Assembly (NCBI GenBank): GCA_050115495.1
Contig: JASFQK010000018.1
Location: 32,001-96,000 of the forward strand
Length of the DNA: 64,000 bases
Direction of reading: 5' to 3'
From: Phycisphaerae bacterium
Lineage (GTDB): Bacteria; Planctomycetota; Phycisphaerae; UBA1845; Fen-1342
Shown: piece by piece, positions 60,998 to 64,000 of the stretch
Layout: each line of letters begins with the position of its first letter
Position numbering within the stretch: position 1 is the stretch's first letter
Position numbers and translations under genes: made by a program
The notes under the pieces: generated by a model
What the model was told of the DNA's origin: nothing
Databases searched by the model: none
What the model saw: the letters and a program-made list of their open reading frames with translations, nothing else

Positions 60998-63711
60998 GGT
61001 TCCTCCTCCACAACGTCGTTTCCCGGCGATGTGTTGGGCCGGGCACTCCCTGCGGCGCCGTCTGCCGATCCGCTTGCACCACCGTCGACCGGCCACGCCG
61101 GCCACGAGGGATCGTGCACCATCCGGTTGAGGATGGTCCTGGCGTGGTAGGTGTACCGCCGTTCGCCATCAAACGCGCGGTAAGCCCGGCCGAACTGCCT
61201 CCACGCAGTCGCCCGGTCACCCTGAGCCAGGTACAACGCCGCCAGATGAAATGAGCCCTCCCCGCGCAGTTTCCACGAAGCCTCCACGCCGGCGGCGAGG
61301 GCATCCAGCTCCTCCGGCGTGCTTGTGGCCCGGCAACACGCGTACAGCGTGTGCATCCACTCTGCCGTCTGTGGCGGTTCCAGGCCGGTAGCGTAGTCCA
61401 CCGCCTCGGCCCTGGCCGCCAATAGATCCTCGGCCTCCGTGGAGTGACCTAACAGACGCAGACAGGTCGCCGACCAGAGCACAGCCGCGGCGCTGGTCGG
61501 TGCCTCGTCGGCCAGCGCCCGGGCGTGCACCAGGGCCGCCGGCATGTCGCCCATCTCCGCCAGCACGAGTGCCGGGTAGACATGGGCGTAGAACGGACAG
61601 GACGGGTCGAACTCCGCCGCCGCTGCCAGATCGTCCAGCGCGGCCTGCCACTCTCCGACCCAGTAATACAGCCGCCACCGGAAGTGATAGCACTCCCAGC
61701 GGCGTATATCGGCCGCCGCCGCGGCGAGCGCCCGTGTTCTGACGGCGATCGCCTCCTCGAATCGCCCCATACTCTCCAGGCACTCAGCCTCGGCGGTGAT
61801 CGGCCGATCGTCATCCGGCGCGACTTTCTGCCCACGCTGCGCCCAGGCCAGCGCCGCCTCGTAGTGGTCGGCCACCAGGGCATCGTCGCGCGTTCCCTCA
61901 CTGCCGGCGTAAATCTCTGCGGCCAGGCGATGGGAGATGGACAGTAGGTAGTACGGATACGCGCCGTACTGCTCGTGCTCCACAAGCTGCCGCAGGCTGT
62001 CCACCGCCTCGGTGAAAGACTCGAGGCTGCGGGCCGCGTACATCTGTTGGTTCCGGGCCCGCGCCAGGTGCAGCACCGCCTGCGGGAAGAGCCCGTAGAC
62101 GCGTGCCTGCGCGGTGTTCGCCCGGCGATAAGACTCGATCGCCTTCAGCGGGTCGTCGAAGTGCACGGCCAGTCCGCGGAAGAACCACGCGTCGCCCGTC
62201 GTCGGTGGGCCGAGTCGTTCCGCTTCGGCGAAGGCCGCTCGGGCAGCGGCATGGTTTTCTCCACGGGCCAGGGCCCAGGAGAGCAGGTAGCGCGCCCGCA
62301 AGTCCTCCGGCCGGCGAGCGACCGCCGTCTCCAGCAAGTCCACCGCCGCCCGCGAGTCGTTTCTCCCCAGGGCGGCCAGGGCCTCGGCCAAGTCCAACTC
62401 CGGCGCCGACGCGCCGAGTGCCGCGGCCTGGGCCAGATCATCCGTCACCAGTTGCGGGGAACGGTAGTCGACGTACGCCAATCGCGAATACGCATCCAGG
62501 GCCAGCCGGTCACCCTCGCGGTGCCGCGCAGCGCTGGCGCGCCAGCCGAGACCGGCGCACACCAAGCAGGCCGCGAGCGCCACGCCCGCCGCCGTCGTCA
62601 GCGCCCGATGCCGATTGGCCCACAGCACGGCACGCCGCAGCCGGCTCGGCCGCCGCGCGCGAATCGGCCAGCCTCGCGCATACCGACGCAGATCCTCGGC
62701 CAGCTCCGCGGCGTCGGCATATCGCTGCTCCGGCTCCCGCTCCATCGCCTTCAGACAGATCGTCTCGAGCGGCGCAGGGATCTGGGCATCGATCCGGCGG
62801 GGCAGCAAGGGCGGCCCCGCACAGATCGCCGACAAAATCTCCTCCCGCGTCCGTCCGTCGTATGGCTTGCGCCGGGTCAGCACCTCGTACAGCGTGACGC
62901 CTAGCGCATAGATATCAGTCCGGTGATCCACGTGCAGCCCGTCGCCGCGGGCCTGCTCCGGCGACAGGTACGCCGGCGTGCCCATGATCTCGCCGGCAGC
63001 CGTCAGATGCGGGGCATCTGACAGGCGGGCCAGGCCGAAGTCGGTCAGGTGCAGGCGGTGGCTCGCGTCGAGCAGCAGGTTGTGCGGCTTCACGTCGCGG
63101 TGGATCACGCCCTGGTGGTGCGCGCAGGCCAGCGCATCGGCCACTTCGGCCATCAGGGACGCGATCCGCCGATAGTCTGCCCGGCTCCAGGGCTCCCCGT
63201 CTCGTCGCGGCGAGGCGGCCAGCAACTCCGGGTGCTCGTGCACGACCTCGTCCAGGCCGACGCCTTCCACCAGTTCCATGGCGTAGTAGAAGCGGCCCGC
63301 CGATTCGCCCTGACCGTAAATGGATACGATGTTCGTGTGATGGAGTCGAGCTGCCGCCTGGGCTTCGACGCGGAATCGCTCCGCGGCACAACGGGCTCGC
63401 GGCCCTCCGAGCGCCAGGACCTTTAGGGCGACCTCCCGCCCCAGGGGCACCTGCCGGGCGCGGTAAACAACGCCCATACCGCCCCGTCCCAGTTCGCCGA
63501 GAATCTCGAATTCGTCGAGGCGAGCCCCGGCGGTGAGCCCCGGGTCGGTCATGCCCAGACCGGCGGCGGCACTGCTGCCGGGCCGGGAGTGCAGGACACA
63601 CGGCCCCGGCGTCCGCAGTGCATCTTGCTGTAACGCGAATGCCCGCCGCAGGTTACTGGCCAGGCCTTCGTCGTCCAGTGTCACGTCTGTGCCAGCAGCA
63701 TCAGGCCACAT
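60994..63711 (-). CDS. Hanks-type Ser/Thr protein kinase with TM segment and TPR-like C-terminal region
   Basis: LGRGGMGVVY, VALK, HRDVKPHN, TDFG, GTPAYLSPEQ, DIYALG; hydrophobic ALTTAAGVALAACLVCAGLGW; helical repeats. Confidence 0.93.
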   Translation of the reverse strand: MWPDAAGTDVTLDDEGLASNLRRAFALQQDALRTPGPCVLHSRPGSSAAAGLGMTDPGLTAGARLDEFEILGELGRGGMGVVYRARQVPLGREVALKVLALGGPRARCAAERFRVEAQAAARLHHTNIVSIYGQGESAGRFYYAMELVEGVGLDEVVHEHPELLAASPRRDGEPWSRADYRRIASLMAEVADALACAHHQGVIHRDVKPHNLLLDASHRLHLTDFGLARLSDAPHLTAAGEIMGTPAYLSPEQARGDGLHVDHRTDIYALGVTLYEVLTRRKPYDGRTREEILSAICAGPPLLPRRIDAQIPAPLETICLKAMEREPEQRYADAAELAEDLRRYARGWPIRARRPSRLRRAVLWANRHRALTTAAGVALAACLVCAGLGWRASAARHREGDRLALDAYSRLAYVDYRSPQLVTDDLAQAAALGASAPELDLAEALAALGRNDSRAAVDLLETAVARRPEDLRARYLLSWALARGENHAAARAAFAEAERLGPPTTGDAWFFRGLAVHFDDPLKAIESYRRANTAQARVYGLFPQAVLHLARARNQQMYAARSLESFTEAVDSLRQLVEHEQYGAYPYYLLSISHRLAAEIYAGSEGTRDDALVADHYEAALAWAQRGQKVAPDDDRPITAEAECLESMGRFEEAIAVRTRALAAAAADIRRWECYHFRWRLYYWVGEWQAALDDLAAAAEFDPSCPFYAHVYPALVLAEMGDMPAALVHARALADEAPTSAAAVLWSATCLRLLGHSTEAEDLLAARAEAVDYATGLEPPQTAEWMHTLYACCRATSTPEELDALAAGVEASWKLRGEGSFHLAALYLAQGDRATAWRQFGRAYRAFDGERRYTYHARTILNRMVHDPSWPAWPVDGGASGSADGAAGSARPNTSPGNDVVEEEP

Positions 63712-64000
63712 GGCGTCCTCTGCGCCGGTCGCTGCCTCCCACGCCGCAGAGTATGCGCAGACACTCTACGGGGCATGCGCCGCAATCCGCGCTGGACCGG
63801 CGCCTCTTGGATGAACCAGCGTGGATGTGGCGACATCCTTCCACTACGGACCCATATAGAGACAGACGGCGCCGGCGGTGACTTTGACACGATCTCTGCG
63901 GCATGGCCGCCACTGCCGGCCCCCGCCCGCCCTGGAAGCCCGTTGTGACCCCGCCGGCAGCAGGCTCCATCTTACGGGCTGTGGCGTCGCGCTACTAGCA

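Noticed and set aside
63712..64000. ECF sigma factor 3' end or small ORFs upstream of the kinase
   Set aside because: No sigma region 4 motif in any frame; the short ORFs have no support

Overview
High-GC bacterial chromosomal window with about 42 protein-coding genes. I saw no rRNA, tRNA, CRISPR array, integrase or transposase. The gene content suggests Planctomycetota, probably Phycisphaerae (inference): PEP-CTERM proteins, Cys-containing dockerin-like C-termini, Ser/Thr kinase-TPR, sulfatase-like-TPR and planctomycete-style REPs. Housekeeping genes (pdxJ, lpxA, glycerate kinase, ahcY, arcC, acs, gatB, nadC, wecA-like, ubiD-like, ispG, rseP, dxr) are interspersed with cell-surface loci. Main points of interest: (1) three secreted proteins (two tandem gingipain/C25 proteases and a repeat protein coupled to a Ser/Thr kinase) share one dockerin-like tail with a conserved NFDI signature, a candidate cellulosome-like protease complex or new sorting signal; (2) a four-gene domain-shuffled PEP-CTERM array, three members of which have matching promoters, long 5' leaders opening with a GGA-loop hairpin, and double-hairpin 3' ends; (3) a rhomboid pseudoprotease with an iRhom-like proline next to two tandem unknown membrane paralogs; (4) a divergent GT-C-TPR / Thr-type sulfatase-like-TPR pair; (5) a CodA-like protein lacking two catalytic residues; (6) several REP/MITE-like and heptamer repeats; (7) several apparently leaderless genes. 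All calls come from reading motifs by eye with no database searches, and start codons are my best choices.
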